DNA of 64,000 nucleotides from Callorhinchus milii (lineage: Eukaryota), in NCBI RefSeq assembly GCF_018977255.1, contig NW_024704742.1:26538001-26602000 (forward strand), read 5' to 3'. This document shows positions 12,030-24,865 of the stretch, one piece after another (position 1 is the first letter of the stretch; every line of letters begins with the position of its first letter). The notes below the pieces were generated by a model, which was given only the letters and a program-made list of their open reading frames with translations, was not told where the DNA came from and did no database searches. Made by a program: the position numbers and the translations under genes.

Positions 12030-13370
12030 CCTTGTCCGGCTCTGTCCTAGACTGGTTCAGATCGTACCTCTCACACCGCCTCCACTTCATCTCCACAAAC
12101 AGTTTCTCCTCTAGCCCCCCCCATCTCATGCAATGTTCCTCAGACCTCTGTCTTTGGTCCCCTCCTCTTCAATATCTATAAGCTCTCTCTTGGTGACATA
12201 ATCCGCAGACATGTATGCGGATGACACCCAATTCAGTTGAATGTCAACAAGACTGAGTCTCTCCTGATTGGCTCCCATCAGCGCTTCCACACCTCACCAT
12301 CCAAGGATACACACTCCACCTTACAAAGCCAGTCCAGAATCTTGGCGTCTTGTTTGACCCTCAACTATCCTTTCTACCCCACATCCGTGCCATGACCCGC
12401 TCTGCCTTCCCCCACCACTGTAACATCGCCCGACTCCACCACTGTCTCACATCGCAGGCCGCCGAGACCCTCATACACACATTCATTACATCGAGGCTTG
12501 ACTATGCAAACTCCTTGCTTGTCGGTCTCCCCAACTCCTCCCTCCATAGGCTGCTGATCGTCCAGAACTCTGCAGCCCATGTCATTTCCCGCACCAGGTT
12601 CCGTGACCCTATCACCCCCATCCTCGCCCAACTCCACTGGCTTCCCATCACACAGAGATTACAGTTCAAGATCCTGGTCCGCAACTTCAAAGCCCTCCAT
12701 GGTCTTGCTCCCCTTCTGCGACCTCCTAACCCCCTATCACCCCTGCCCGCTCCCCCTGCTCAGCATTCTCCAGCCTGCTTCATGTCCCCTACCTCGCCCA
12801 CCCCACCATTGGCGGTCGAGCCTTCTGCCACTCTGCCCACACCCTCTGGAACAACAAAAACTTGGATTTATATAGCGCCCTCCACACCGGATGGCGTCTC
12901 AGAGCTCTTCACAGTAACAGATCCCGTAGCCGAGCCAGGGGGAGGGGGAGGAAGTTCACCAAAAGCGCAGTCGAAAAGAAAGGTCTTCAGCCGAGAACTG
13001 CAAGTGGGACAAGAGGGGGCGAGGCGAAGGGAGTGAAGAAGGGAGTTCCAGAGCCTCGGGGCGAAGTGGCTGAAGGCACAGTCCCGGTGGAGCAAAGGCA
13101 ACGGGCACTGTTGTGAGCAGAGAGGAGGTCCGAGAGGTAGGAACTCCATCCCGCAGTCCCTCCACCTCATACCCTCCTTTGCCTCCTTCAAGACCCATCT
13201 CAAGACCCTCCTCTTCGACTGTGCTTTTGATCACCCTGCATCCATCCCTGCCCTCCACCCTCCCTAATCCCAACTCCCAGCTTGGGTCCGAAACTCTGAT
13301 TGTCCCGCACCTTGGGATGTCCTCCCGATGTGAAAGGCTCTATACAAATGTAATTTTATTGTTGTTGCCT
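12030..13370 (+). mobile_element. Decayed L2 RT C-terminus plus 3' end, with a nested antisense insertion
   Basis: [16 protein letters not shown], atgtatgcggatgac (YADD), FITSRLDYANSLL, LHWLPI; (TTG)n tail. Confidence 0.9.
12853..13139 (-). mobile_element. Short L2 3' fragment nested in the + strand L2
   Basis: GGAAC direct repeat at 12848-12852 and 13140-13144. Same subfamily tail as 33500-34045 (actgtgaagagctctgagacgccatccggtgtggagggcgctatataaatccaag). Confidence 0.85.
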
Positions 13371-13519
13371 TTCATGTCAGGAGGATAACCAAGGATAGTC
13401 AAGGGTTTGCACCCGAGCTGGGATTGGAATCAAGAGTGGTAAAGGGCGAGAGAAGTCGGAGGATGACTGACAGTCAAAGTCAAAGAGGAAGGTCTTGAGA
13501 TGGGCCTTAAAGGAGTGAA

Positions 13520-14800
13520 GAACCCAATAAATAACAAATATCATCAGAATATACCACAGCGTATTAGCCAAAGCTGATGATGATTAGCAGGTGCCAATCC
13601 GAATGTCAACTCCTCCAGTAGTGAGACGGCACAGGTAATAGAGAACATATTGTCAATAACTGAAGACATCAAATCCATCTACATTAATGCTAGTATGCTT
13701 GGTGGATATTCTTGCATCATGAGACATTTGCTGCCTTTCGCCATGCCATGGTCATTGCCATGAACATCAGCAGCTGCCTTAAACTCATGTCCAGACACTG
13801 GTCACAACGACGTATTCCTGTTTGCATCTCATGTGTGGTTCGTCTTAAAAGCACAGTTTGGGGATGTTTGATTAAGGGTGAGCCGTTGGGCTCTGTCCAG
13901 TGGATAAGCTTCAGTTTCTTATGTTTCTTTCTTAGAAGTGGTCCTTTTTTCCTTCTTCACATTAACTCTGGGTCTGACCATTGTGTTACAGTGGGATGAT
14001 TCTGAATTTCAATGCCAATGATCTGGAAAGAAGTCGCCAAGCTATTAGTGGTGGCCTCAGCAGAGATAGCAATCAAGCACCATCAGACTTCATTGATACA
14101 CAGCCTAACAACTAAATACATCCCTTTGTGACCTTGAGGGTCAATTCTTCTTTCTTGGATTTGACTTCAGGTTCAGATCTCCTGGTATGATACTGTGTTC
14201 TATAATGTTCGTTCTTTCTCAGTTTGCTTGTCTGCGCAGGTTTATGAAAGCTTAACCACAAGGTAACCCAGCAGAGAGACAAACAGAAATCACGAGTCGA
14301 TTCTGATTCTAGACTCTTGTCTACTTCTCCAGAAAAACAACAGCAGGACAGCGTGTGGAATGCAGTGTGGGAATGAATGGAATGAATGGATGATCGTGCT
14401 TTTAAACTGGTCTTCATTTGCCCAGTGATCTGTTTTCATTGGTAGCTATGCATCTCACCTCACGTGGAGGGAAAGAAATGAGCAAGAATATATTTCCAGA
14501 AACCCCATGTAGGTCAACTCAACTACACAAAGAGAATATTGACCTAGCGTACATCCTTTGGTGTTATTTTCTGTTGTACATCCACTGATACTCAGGAGAA
14601 TGGTGTCTGATCACACCAAGCTCAGTCTTTCACTGTGTTATTCTTTAGACATCAATTCTGATTATGCCTGATGATCATTCATCCCGTCACGCAGATCTCT
14701 GAACTGACACTGTTTAAGCTTTCATGACACATCTGTTACTGAAATGCATTGCTGAGCTTGCAGATTTTATCAATTATCGTGGAGCAAATGGATAAATAAT
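13520..14800 (-). mobile_element. Possible highly decayed Gypsy-like gag/protease remnant
   Basis: Fragmentary translations in collinear order: RDLRDGMNDHQ..SELMSKE (capsid-end-like), a degenerate knuckle, and IGIEIQNHP..TMV..RVNV (protease-like). Many stops and frameshifts. Confidence 0.35.
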
Positions 14801-14931
14801 TCAATTGACTTAAAGTACAGGAAGATCACAGTAAAATAGGGTTATCATGACAGATTGCATACTAAACTGCATTAGCAATTCTCTTCCACGAAGAGCTTTC
14901 ATGCTTTCCTTAAAGTACGATAACGACCAAT

Positions 14932-14982
14932 CTGCCTGCTCCCTACTAACCTGCCTGCTCCCTACTAACCTGCCTGCTCCCT
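14932..14982 (+). repeat. 19-bp tandem repeat CTGCCTGCTCCCTACTAAC x2.7
   Basis: Read directly; lies within an L2 remnant. Confidence 0.85.
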
Positions 14983-15151
14983 CTCTCACTGGTCGGCTTT
15001 ACAACCCTCGCCCTGTAGGCCCCACCATCGGCAGTTAGGCCTTCACTCTCTGGAACTCCATCCTAGAGTCCTTTTGCTTCAGTACACAGAAGAATACACA
15101 GAATACACAGAAACTCGAGCAAGCTGATTTTAAACCAGGTTGTGGAAGCAT

Positions 15152-15407
15152 GGCTCTGGAACTCCAACCCCCAGTGCCTTCGCCTTGCTTCCTCCCTTTC
15201 CTCCTTCAAGGCCGGTCTCAAGACCTTTCTCTTTGACCGTGCCTTCAGCTCCCCTCTCGACTCTCTACCCCCTCCTCGCTCCCTCCCTTCCCTCCCCTCA
15301 CCCTGACCATTTCCCCCCTGCTCGGGTCCTGACCCAACTGTCCAGCTCCTTGGGACGTCCTCCCGACGTGAAAGGCACTCTATAAATTAAATCTTGTTGT
15401 TGTTGTT
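15152..15407 (+). mobile_element. Young L2 3' end, same subfamily as 13-3184
   Basis: Near-identical to the reverse complement of 13-320; (TTG)n tail. Confidence 0.92.
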
Positions 15408-15869
15408 TCATATGCTCTTTACTGAACTGTATGAACTTTACTGAACTGTATTGACACAAGTACAAGATAGTGACAAGTAAATCTAGAAGAGGATTTAGGA
15501 GGAACTACTTCACGCAGGGGGTGATGAGATTGTAGAACTCGCTGTCTGAAGCGGGGTTGAATCAATGGCAGATGCATTCAAGAGGAAGCTCGACCTTCAC
15601 AAGAGGGAGAGGGGAATAGAACAGTAGGGGAGGGAAGAAGGAATGGATGGAGATATGCACAGTATATGCACAACATTGAGGGCCTTCAACATTACCTCTC
15701 CCTCTGGGCTGTTTAGACTTTCACCTTCATCATGTCCTCTCCTGCACCAGACTCCACGAGCCTATTACCTCCATGCACGTTCGACTCCACTGGCTCCCCA
15801 TCCCCAGTGAATCAAATTCAAGATGATCTTTCAAATCCCTCCACGACCCTCCCCACTCTATCTCTATGA

Positions 15870-16290
15870 CCCTGTAGCACTCGCGCCTTGGGAGTTAGAA
15901 GGTTGTGGGTTCAAACGCCATGTCAGGACTTGGAGCTCATATAGTTCAATGACACTCCAATCTTGCGTTGGGATGTGCTGTATTGTCAGAGGTGCCATCC
16001 TTCAGATGAGACATTAAACTGAGGCTCTGTCTGCTTGTTCAGGTAGATATTAAAAGTACCATGACACTATTTGAAAAGAAAAGAGAATTTCTTTCCAGTC
16101 TCCTGGCCAACAATCCCCCAAATAAAACTGGTCATTCTGTTTGTGGAGACATTGCTGTATGCAAATTGGCTGCTGCGATAGTCTACAAGATACAGTCACT
16201 ATACTTTACAGGATATCCTGTGAAGCGCTTTGAGACCTTGTACTGACTTGAATAGTGCTATACCAAATGTAAGGATTATTATTATATGAA
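15870..16290 (+). mobile_element. Deu-domain SINE, tRNA-headed (SacSINE1/AmnSINE-like body)
   Basis: B-box ggttgtgggttcaaac, body ggtgccatccttcagatgagacattaaactgagg, Deu core ttgctgtatgcaaattggctgc, L2-like tail. Confidence 0.8.
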
Positions 16291-18079
16291 AGAGATTATA
16301 TTATATGGAAGGATTATTATTATTATAATAACCAACAAGATTGGTAGTATAGTAATTTGAAAGAGGACTGTCTGGCACAGTTTCATCTGTCATAGTAGAG
16401 AACACGTTCCACTAATTAGACCTAATATGCATTTGCTTAATGCCAACCATAAACGTCAATTATTGCTCTCTGCAGGAAGCAGCTATCAAACTTCGAAATG
16501 ATGTATGCACTCTGCCAAGATATAATTTACTGGGCAAGATTTTTTCTGTAAAAAAATTGGGACCCAATTTAATTATAAGGTAAATGATGAGCATCTTTTC
16601 TTCAAGCAATTAGAAAGCTTTGAAAAGACAATTGATGCAAGCTAAATTAAGCATGCTGGAAGTTAATAGCCATTCTACAAGTGTAATTTCAGTCTTGGTT
16701 ACAATATTATCCTCACAGGCCAGACCGTGAAAAATCTGGAGCTGTACTTATCTATTCATGCACTTAATTCAACATGTAAAAGGAAAGGAAAACTCCTAAA
16801 TGTGGGATTGAGGAGGGTTTATATCGTTTCTAGACCATGGCTGCTACCAGAAATCAAAACGTTTATTTTATGTCAGCTGGAAACTCAACTTCTGAATTAG
16901 CATTTGACCTCAGACAGACAGAAACTAACCCACAGGAAGCTCTCTGATAACTCCCACATTTATAGGACAACTCTGTCACTGATTTCAACAGTTCTCTGCA
17001 GATTATCTTTGATCAATTTTCTTACGCTCACTCTTTTTCCCACCTGGATTGGTGCCATTATCCTACACGAGAGGTGCTATAGATGTGCAAATTGTTATTG
17101 TTGTTCCATGTCTCAAAATACTGATGATGTGCACTCACTTCCTTTGGTCCAGTGAACTGCGCAGGGAAGCTCTTTGACTGAAGATTATTTTGAACGAGTA
17201 TTTTAGTCTGAACGTTTTATTGGACAAAAGCATAAAGGCTCATACTTAGCACAAAGCATTTACCACATCGATATTCTTTCTTTAAAAGGGGCATAAATTA
17301 GCCCCACCTGTATTGAAAACAAAATTATTTTCACTAAAATGTTAATCAAACAGCTCATTAATCTCATTTCAATATGAAAACTATTGCAGATGTTATACTT
17401 ATTGACTTGTTAGGTATCAATTTCCCAACTGCTGTACATCATTGGGGTTAGTTAGAGTTTGTTTTTAAATAATGTCTGCAGTCATTGATAGGCCTGTTCA
17501 TACATTTAGGAGTTGTTTGCTTGCAATAATGCAAATTTCATTTCTCATTTACTACGTCTGATAGCTATTAGCACTGTCCTGTGGGGGCTTTCCATACAAG
17601 TAATTAGATCAGACAATAGCATTATTTTATTCCATGTAAGGGAATGAGAAGCTCCCAAAGTGACAGATATTCAATCCAGATGCTGACATTTCCGCACCAT
17701 CAAAAGCTAATTTGAAAAATAAAATCATTTTTTGGGGGGCATGCCATTTAAAATACGCACAGAGAGATGATGGCTCCTCACATCAATGATGGTAAGGGGA
17801 GGTGAGATCTAGTCACTGTCATGACAAAATATGCCAAATATTATCACAGATGTTATCTAATTCTCTTTTGTAAATACACAAATTAAACATTTAGAGCGCG
17901 TGATCACATCTGAATCAGAGACATGTCGTATTTCAATTAAACAAAAATTGTTCCAGGTCGACAAGGCCTCGTAAATCTGGGGAAGCTGAATTCATTCATT
18001 GCATGTATGAGATAATGTGTTCAGAGGCACGACATCAACTTTACAGTTAAGAAAGGGTCAGTTTTGTAGTGTTAGAATT

Positions 18080-18378
18080 AATAATAATAATCATCATCCT
18101 TGTGTTTGGTATAGCCCCTATCATGTGGAGAGGACATCCCAAAGCGCTTTGCAGGATTTAGTAAAATGCAGTGACTATGTTTGTAGGTGAATGGGCAGTC
18201 CATTTGCAGACAGCAATGTCCCACAAACAGCTATGAAGTGTGTGACCAATTTTATTTTGGGGATTGTTGCCCGGACACCAGGAAAAACTTTTTCTCTTTT
18301 CGAATAGCGCCATGGGATCTTTAACGTCCACCTGAACAGACAGGCGGAGCCTCGGTTTAATGTCTCATCCAAAAAACT
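18080..18378 (-). mobile_element. Deu-SINE fragment
   Basis: catgggatctttaacgtccacctgaacagacaggcggagcctcggtttaatgtctcatcc. Confidence 0.8.
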
Positions 18379-18495
18379 GCTTCCCTTCTCTCTCCCCACT
18401 TCTCTCTCCCCACTCGCCTCAAACTGATCCAATAACTGTGTACATTTGCTTTCATCCAGTATTTAAAAGGGGAAAAAAACACACAGATTGCAACT

Positions 18496-18816
18496 GTGGA
18501 GTCCTGTAGCTCAGTAGTTAGACCACTTGGCTTGCAAGCGAGAAACCTGGGTTCAATTCCAGGCAGGGCAAAACCTTGGGCAAGTTTCCTTACTCCACAC
18601 GCCTAATAATAATTCCTCCAAAAAACAAAATGATAATAAATTGGTCATTTTCAATCAACGACTGTTTGTGGGACACTGCTGTGCGCAATTGGCTGCCGCA
18701 TATCGCCCACAAATATACAGTCAATTCACTTTACAGCATACTCTGTGAAACACTTTGAGATGTCTAGAAGACGTGAAAAGCGCTGTATCAAATCAAGGAT
18801 TATTATTATTATTATT
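18496..18816 (+). mobile_element. Full-length tRNA-derived SINE (Callorhinchus SINE2-like)
   Basis: A-box tagctcagtag, B-box ggttcaattcc, Deu-like core, (TTA)n tail. AACTGTG at 18492-18498 and 18817-18823 is the likely TSD. Confidence 0.92.
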
Positions 18817-19304
18817 AACTGTGCTCCTGGAGAAACAGTGCAGTTAACACCATAATGTTGCTGGCATGGCAACCGCAGAGAGGGCTGTTATACGAACAAT
18901 CCACAAGAGACGGTGAAAACGAGAGAGGGACAACGAGAGAGACGTGACCAACCAGTCTACATATTGCTAACAAAACACTCAATTTTAGTAAACAAAGCCT
19001 TTCTTTTTTTAACGTGATAGCATTTAATACTTTCATTTTCAAAAAATATGTTTTCACCTAGGACATTTACTTAAAAGTTGCTATTATTTTGGGGGGGAGA
19101 AAAAATGGGTATATTGGATTTAAGCTTCAAAACAGTGAGATGTAAGGGTGGAATTTAAATTGTGTTCATAATACTTATTTAATTAGAAGCGAGTTTATTC
19201 CAACAATATTACCCATCATTTTTCCCAAGTCACCACGTTCAATCAGGTGTTTATCCAGTTTCTTTTTTGAACAATCGTATTGCTTAAGAGTCAGTAACTC
19301 CTTG

Positions 19305-19685
19305 TAATAAATTAATATAATCCTTACATTTGATATAGCGCCTTATCACATCTTCTCGGTGTCTCAAAGCGCTTCACAGAATATACTGTAAAGTGAATTG
19401 ACTGTATAATTTGTGTACGAAATGCAGCAGCCAATTGTGCACAGCAGTGTCCCATACACAATCATGGATTGAGTGACCAAATTATTTTTAGTTATTTTGA
19501 AGGTATTATTACCAATGGAAAAGCGATCCGCCAATCGACTAATAACCGGGTTCCTACTTACTGCTGGGTAAACAGAGGCGTGTGGAGCAAGGAAACTTGC
19601 CCAACATTTCGCCCTGCCTTGAATCAAACTCAGGTCCTCTTGCTTCCAAAGTGAGTGCTCTAACCATTAAGCTACAGGACTCCAC
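19305..19685 (-). mobile_element. Full-length tRNA-derived SINE, long variant with an extra internal segment
   Basis: Same head and tail as 18496-18816, plus gcctctgtttacccagcagtaagtaggaacccgg... Confidence 0.88.
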
Positions 19686-19899
19686 AATGGTAATGAATTA
19701 ATATATTCCTTGCATTTGTATTCCAAACCCTAATCATCCTCCGAATTAAACAATTCCTCCAAACCTTTCCCCGAATTGTTTCCGTTAACAATCCTGAGAC
19801 GATGGTGCTTGTTACCCATTTCCTAACTGAAGCAAATGATCTCTGCCCCATTATGCTCGTTCAGTGAATGGCATGCAAGCAATCTGCCAGGCTCACTGG

Positions 19900-20330
19900 G
19901 GAATAGTACATACATAGTGGGATATAAAATATATGCATCGAGGAGATTTACGGTGGAAATTCAGCCAGTCGAGAAAACAATTCTTATTTTTCCACCATTT
20001 GAGCACTCAATCCAAGGAATAATCTATCAATTTAAGGTCAGAAATAAAAAAGGCATGACTGGTACTTTCAGTCAAAGCTCTCCTGAGCTTGATGTGTTTC
20101 AAGTCAGTAAGAGGGACTCTGGGCGCTCTCTGGTCATTTTTATACTAATGCAGTATTTGCACAGAAATTCTCAACAACTTTCCATCACTCATTGAGCAAG
20201 ACAATACGGCAACAATGTTTTATAATAAGTCAAGAAATTTGACAGATTAATGGCCTATAAATAAGGATTGTGGTGTCAGGTAAGGAGAGTAGAAGGTTAC
20301 GTTATCGCAGAAATTCAGCAGTCAAGGTTT
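19900..20330 (-). mobile_element. Possible decayed L1/Tx1-type RT fragment
   Basis: YRPLICQI..IIKHCCRIVL (YRPISL..DYKI-like), then DQ...VP- and D.EK..F-like remnants. Confidence 0.3.
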
Positions 20331-22207
20331 GACCATACTTTTGTATATCTATAGAGGCAATGAAGAAAACGATAAGAATGCAGTGTAGGAATTGCAACAA
20401 ACATTACAATTTACATTTATGTAGCACCTTTCATACCAGGAGGATGTCTCAAAGCACTTGACAACGCTGGATTGGCTCCCGAGCTGGGAGTGGGAGCTGT
20501 TGGAAGTGGGGAGGAGAAACCGTGGTCAAAGATGTACAAATTTCAACATTTTGGGACGGAGGGAGCAAGTCACAAGGAGTCTGGGATGGAGGTCCAGAGA
20601 GCAGGGCCACAATAGTTGAAAGCCTACCTGTGCCGATAGTAGGCACTGGGGGTGGGGGTGTGTGGAGGCACATAAAGCAGGACAGTTTGTGTTGAGTGAA
20701 GAGAGCAGTAGGGTCAGAGTGGTACAAAATACAGAATACAATAATGTGCTCAACCTTCTTTGCAAAGGACTGAGCTCGCTTTGCTGGATTAAATTTACAA
20801 ACTGTTTACATATGGAATTATAAAATGGTCTAAATGGTCTCAACAGAAGCCACTTAAATGCAGCCTTACACAAACAATTGATGAAGCAATAACAAGCAAC
20901 AACTTGTTTCTGGTTTGTTTTGTTCAAATTTTTTTTAAAGGGAAGTTTATATAATTGTTTCCAAAATAAAAATAAATGGAGAGAAACAAAAGAATAATTT
21001 TACATTTTACAGGAAATGGGAAGCTGCAATGAGTAAAACTAATTACAGTATAGCTCAGTCCAGAGAATGCAATTGCTTTCAGATTGGTTTAGATTTCATA
21101 CCCAATCACATTCTCATCAAAAATGTCAGCCGGTATAGAACTGAAAAGTAAACAATTGACGCATTTGTCTCCAGAAAAGAGAAATGAACTAGTCAATATA
21201 AAAAAAATGTTTCAAGCTTACAAGGCAACTCAGAGATTGCAATCCTTTTGGTGCAGTGAAAGAAATTGGTTTATTTACTCATCTTCAAGATTATGGCGTG
21301 CTTGGACGTGGGGTACATCTGCTTAGCTCTGGTGTTTGCATTAGATCTGCCGAGAAACATTGACCTCTGTCAAATGAATACATTATCAGTATTCCAGACA
21401 GTGCAGCCTGAAAAGCAACACAGCTAAAAATATCTCAAAGCCTCTTCTTACATTTATCCTCCAAGTACCCTTAGGTGCCAAGAATCCATTTTAAAAAAAA
21501 AGGCAGCAATTACTACCACCAAACAATTATTTATTTAATGTATGAAATTCCTACCGACAAGCACTTGGTAGGAGCACTTCTAATCGAGATGATGTTTCTA
21601 AAAATATATTTTCATATTGTTTTCAGTTTTAGGATACACACACACACACACACAAACCCTTTGCAATTACATACAGCCTATCTAGGATTCTTGCCAACAT
21701 ACAAGTGCCTCTCAAATTATATATTTAAAACACATTAATGGGCTGCAAAATACCGGAGATTGCTTTATTTCTTTTACCCCACAGCTCCTGAAGGTTTTAT
21801 TTCTCTGGTAGTTTGCCTGGCTTCAAAGTCCTTGCCCTCGCACATAAAAGAAATCCCTTCTCACTCTAGTAGCTTTCAATCTCTCTGATCTTCTCATACC
21901 CCACTCCTCTGCTCACCTCCTCCGCTCAGCTAACAAAGGCCAGTTCTGCATCTCCTAACCCCTCAGTGCCATCATCAATAGCTGAGCCTTTAGTCATTAC
22001 AACCCTAACCTCTGGGACTCCCTGCCTCTGTCCCTCTGCCTCGCCCTTCTCTATATACATTTAATTCCCACCTTAAATTCTACCACTTCAACCATGCCAA
22101 TGGTCACCTCCCCTCTCCCCTGATCACTGTCCAACCCCGCCATTGTGAACTACTATGAGACTACCCGACGTGAAGGGTACCATATCAATGCAATTGTTGT
22201 CGTTGGA

Positions 22208-22910
22208 GTCATTCTTCACATGCGAGTCTGGACAATAATTCACATTGGGGTGAAGGGAGGGAAGGAGGTGTTTTGGGGAAGGGCACAACACAGAGAAGCC
22301 CGTTCATTTTCTCATCCCTGACTCCCTGTTGCCTATACCTGTCCATCAATGGGCGTGCACTCACCACTTAGTCCTCACTCTCTGGAACTCTCCCTAAATC
22401 TGTCTGCCTGGCCCTCTCCCTCTCTGCTTTCAAACCCCTTCTAAATCTACCTCTGACTGTGCCTGTGATCACGTCCCTCCTATTCACCACATCCCCCTCA
22501 AGCTCCCACTCAGGTGCTGTGAAGTATCTTGAGATGTTTCTCTATCTCAGAAACCCTGTATAAGTGCTAGTTGTTGTATTCTCACATATGTATATTTCCA
22601 GCAGAGGTCCTTGCACAGCAATTTTCTCTTCCTTTCTTCAAGGCACTGAAGCCAATTATAGAATCCTTTCTGCTTCCTATCCTTCAGAGGATCGCGTTCA
22701 AGATCCTTGTCCTCACCTTTCAAGCCCTCCACGGTCTAGACTCCACCCTACCTCTGCAACTTATTAAAACTTCACCAACCTACATAAATGGAACTTGTTG
22801 TTGTTATCCCACCTGAGGTCAGCTAACTTAGCACAGACCAGTGATTGGGACGGTTTGGTTCATGTTCCCCAATGGGTGGTGATTTTTATTAACTGAAATA
22901 CCAAAGGAGC
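22208..22910 (-). mobile_element. LF-SINE-like remnant split by L2 fragments
   Basis: ttcttcacatgcgagtctggaca...agggcacaacacag...ctcatccctgac (3' half) and gtcagctaacttagcacagacca (5' half). Confidence 0.5.
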
Positions 22911-22959
22911 AGGTGTTGAGTGTCAGTGTTAAAGGTGAAGCCTGTATTCTTGCAATAAT

Positions 22960-23500
22960 CACTTCACTTCATCACCGTCAGTATACTGCAGTATAGTCTT
23001 GACTATGCAAATTCGGCTTCCCCAACTCCTCTCTCCAAAGGCTGCAGATCATCCAGGAATCTGCAACCCGTGTCCTCTCCCACACCAGGCTCTGTAACCT
23101 TATCGCCCCCATCCCTCGCCTGACTCCACCGGCTTCCCATCACACAGAGGATACATTTCAAGATTCTGGTCCTCACCTTAAAAGCCCTCCACGGTCTTGC
23201 TCCCCCCTACCTCTGCGACCTCCTAATCCCCTACTATCCTGCCTACTCCCTCCGCTCAGCGGGCTCCAGGCTGCTTCATGTCCCCCGCCTCACCCGCCTC
23301 ATCATTGGCAGACAGGCCTTCCGCCACTCTGCCCACACCCTCTGGAACTCCAGCCTGCAGTCCCTCCATCTTGCCCCCTCCCTTGCCTCCTTAAAGACCC
23401 ATCTCAAAACCTTCCTCTTCGACCATACTTTTGATTATCCTCCTTCCCCATCCTCCCGATGATATCCTCCCGCTATACAAATGTAATTTTGTTGTTGTAG
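22960..23500 (+). mobile_element. L2 3' fragment
   Basis: cttgactatgcaaattc...ctccaccggcttcccatcacacagaggatacatttcaagattctgg...(TTG)n. Confidence 0.88.
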
Positions 23501-24306
23501 TAGCAGAACCTGCAATGTAGTTAAACTCCATTTCATATTTTGTGCTGGAAACATCCATTGCGTTACCTTCCATAGGTTTAATTCCATTTTGAATTTTGTC
23601 AAAGATTTGTTTTTAATCCTTGCATTTGATGTAGTGCCTTTCATGTTGGGAGGACGTCTCAAAGTGCTTCAAGTACTGTAAAGTGTGATGACTATATATT
23701 TTGTAGGCGAACACAGCAATCAGGTAGTCAAACAAGACAGGAAGGGCAGCAGATACTTTATGAGTGATAGTACTTATAGTAATTGAGGAGCTTGGTGCAT
23801 TTGTTATGTTCCTGCTTGTGATATTTTTGGTTATTTAAATATGTGTGAGAAGAGTCCAGGGCAGAACACTGTACATGGTTAGTAATAGGAGCAGGACTAG
23901 TGATTTTAGCCTTTTATAATTCTGTACAAATGCACAGTCACTACACTAAATAGTAAAATCTTGTGAAGTACTTTGATACTTCTCAAAGACATGATAAGGC
24001 GTTATATCAAATGCATGGAATATTTCAATATTATGCAAACATTAATACTGTAACATCTAAAAGTATGCATTTTAGCAATTTACAAACTAGCATTAAAGGT
24101 CTCTTTTACTTACCTTGGCAATAGATTACTGTGTTTTTTTTAATCAAATGTATCCCATAGACATCACTACAAATTAAGCCTGTTAGATGGATTTCTACTT
24201 CGTATTCAAATGGATTTCCGGAGGGGTTAAAGGTTAATACTTTTCTGCAAGCTTTTTGTTCAAATCTGTATATTGATTTATACCAGAGAAAGGACCAACT
24301 AATAAC

Positions 24307-24865
24307 ATCAACAACAGCAAAAAAAGTTACATTTGTATAGTGCCTTTGTCCAGCGCTTTGAGTCGACCCAAGGCGCTGGACAGACAAAGTTACACACCTG
24401 AGTTGGGGGACAGGGTGGGGAGGGTGGAGGGCAGGGGGGAAGCAGGGAGATCGAAAGCACAGTCGAACAGGAGGGTCTTGAGATGTGTCTTGAAGGTAGC
24501 GAGGGAGGGGCGAGACGGAGGGACTGTGGGATGGAGTTCCAGAGGGTTGGGGCAGAGTGGCAGGGGACATGAAGCAGGCCGGAGCCCACTAAGCGGAGGG
24601 AGCAAACAGGATGGTAGGGGGATAGGAGGTTGCAGAGGTGGGGGGGAGCAAGACCCGTGGAGGGCTTTGAAGGTGGGGACCAGGATCTTGAACCGTATCC
24701 TCTGTGTGATGGGAAGCCAGTGGAGTTGGGCAATGATAGGGTCGTGAAGCCTGGTGCGGGAGAGGATACGGGCTGCAGAGTTCTGGATGATCTGCAGCCT
24801 GTGGAGGGAGGAGTTGGGGAGGCCGACAAGCAATGAGTTTGCAATAATCGAGCCTCGATGTAATG
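24307..24865 (-). mobile_element. L2 3' fragment
   Basis: ORF 24390..24833: LVGLPNSSLHRLQIIQNSAARILSRTRLHDPI..LHWLPITQRIRFKIL. Confidence 0.9.

Noticed and set aside
21060..21230. Gypsy pol-like snippet (KQLTHLSPEKRNELVNI)
   Set aside because: Too short, with no flanking RT motif to support it.
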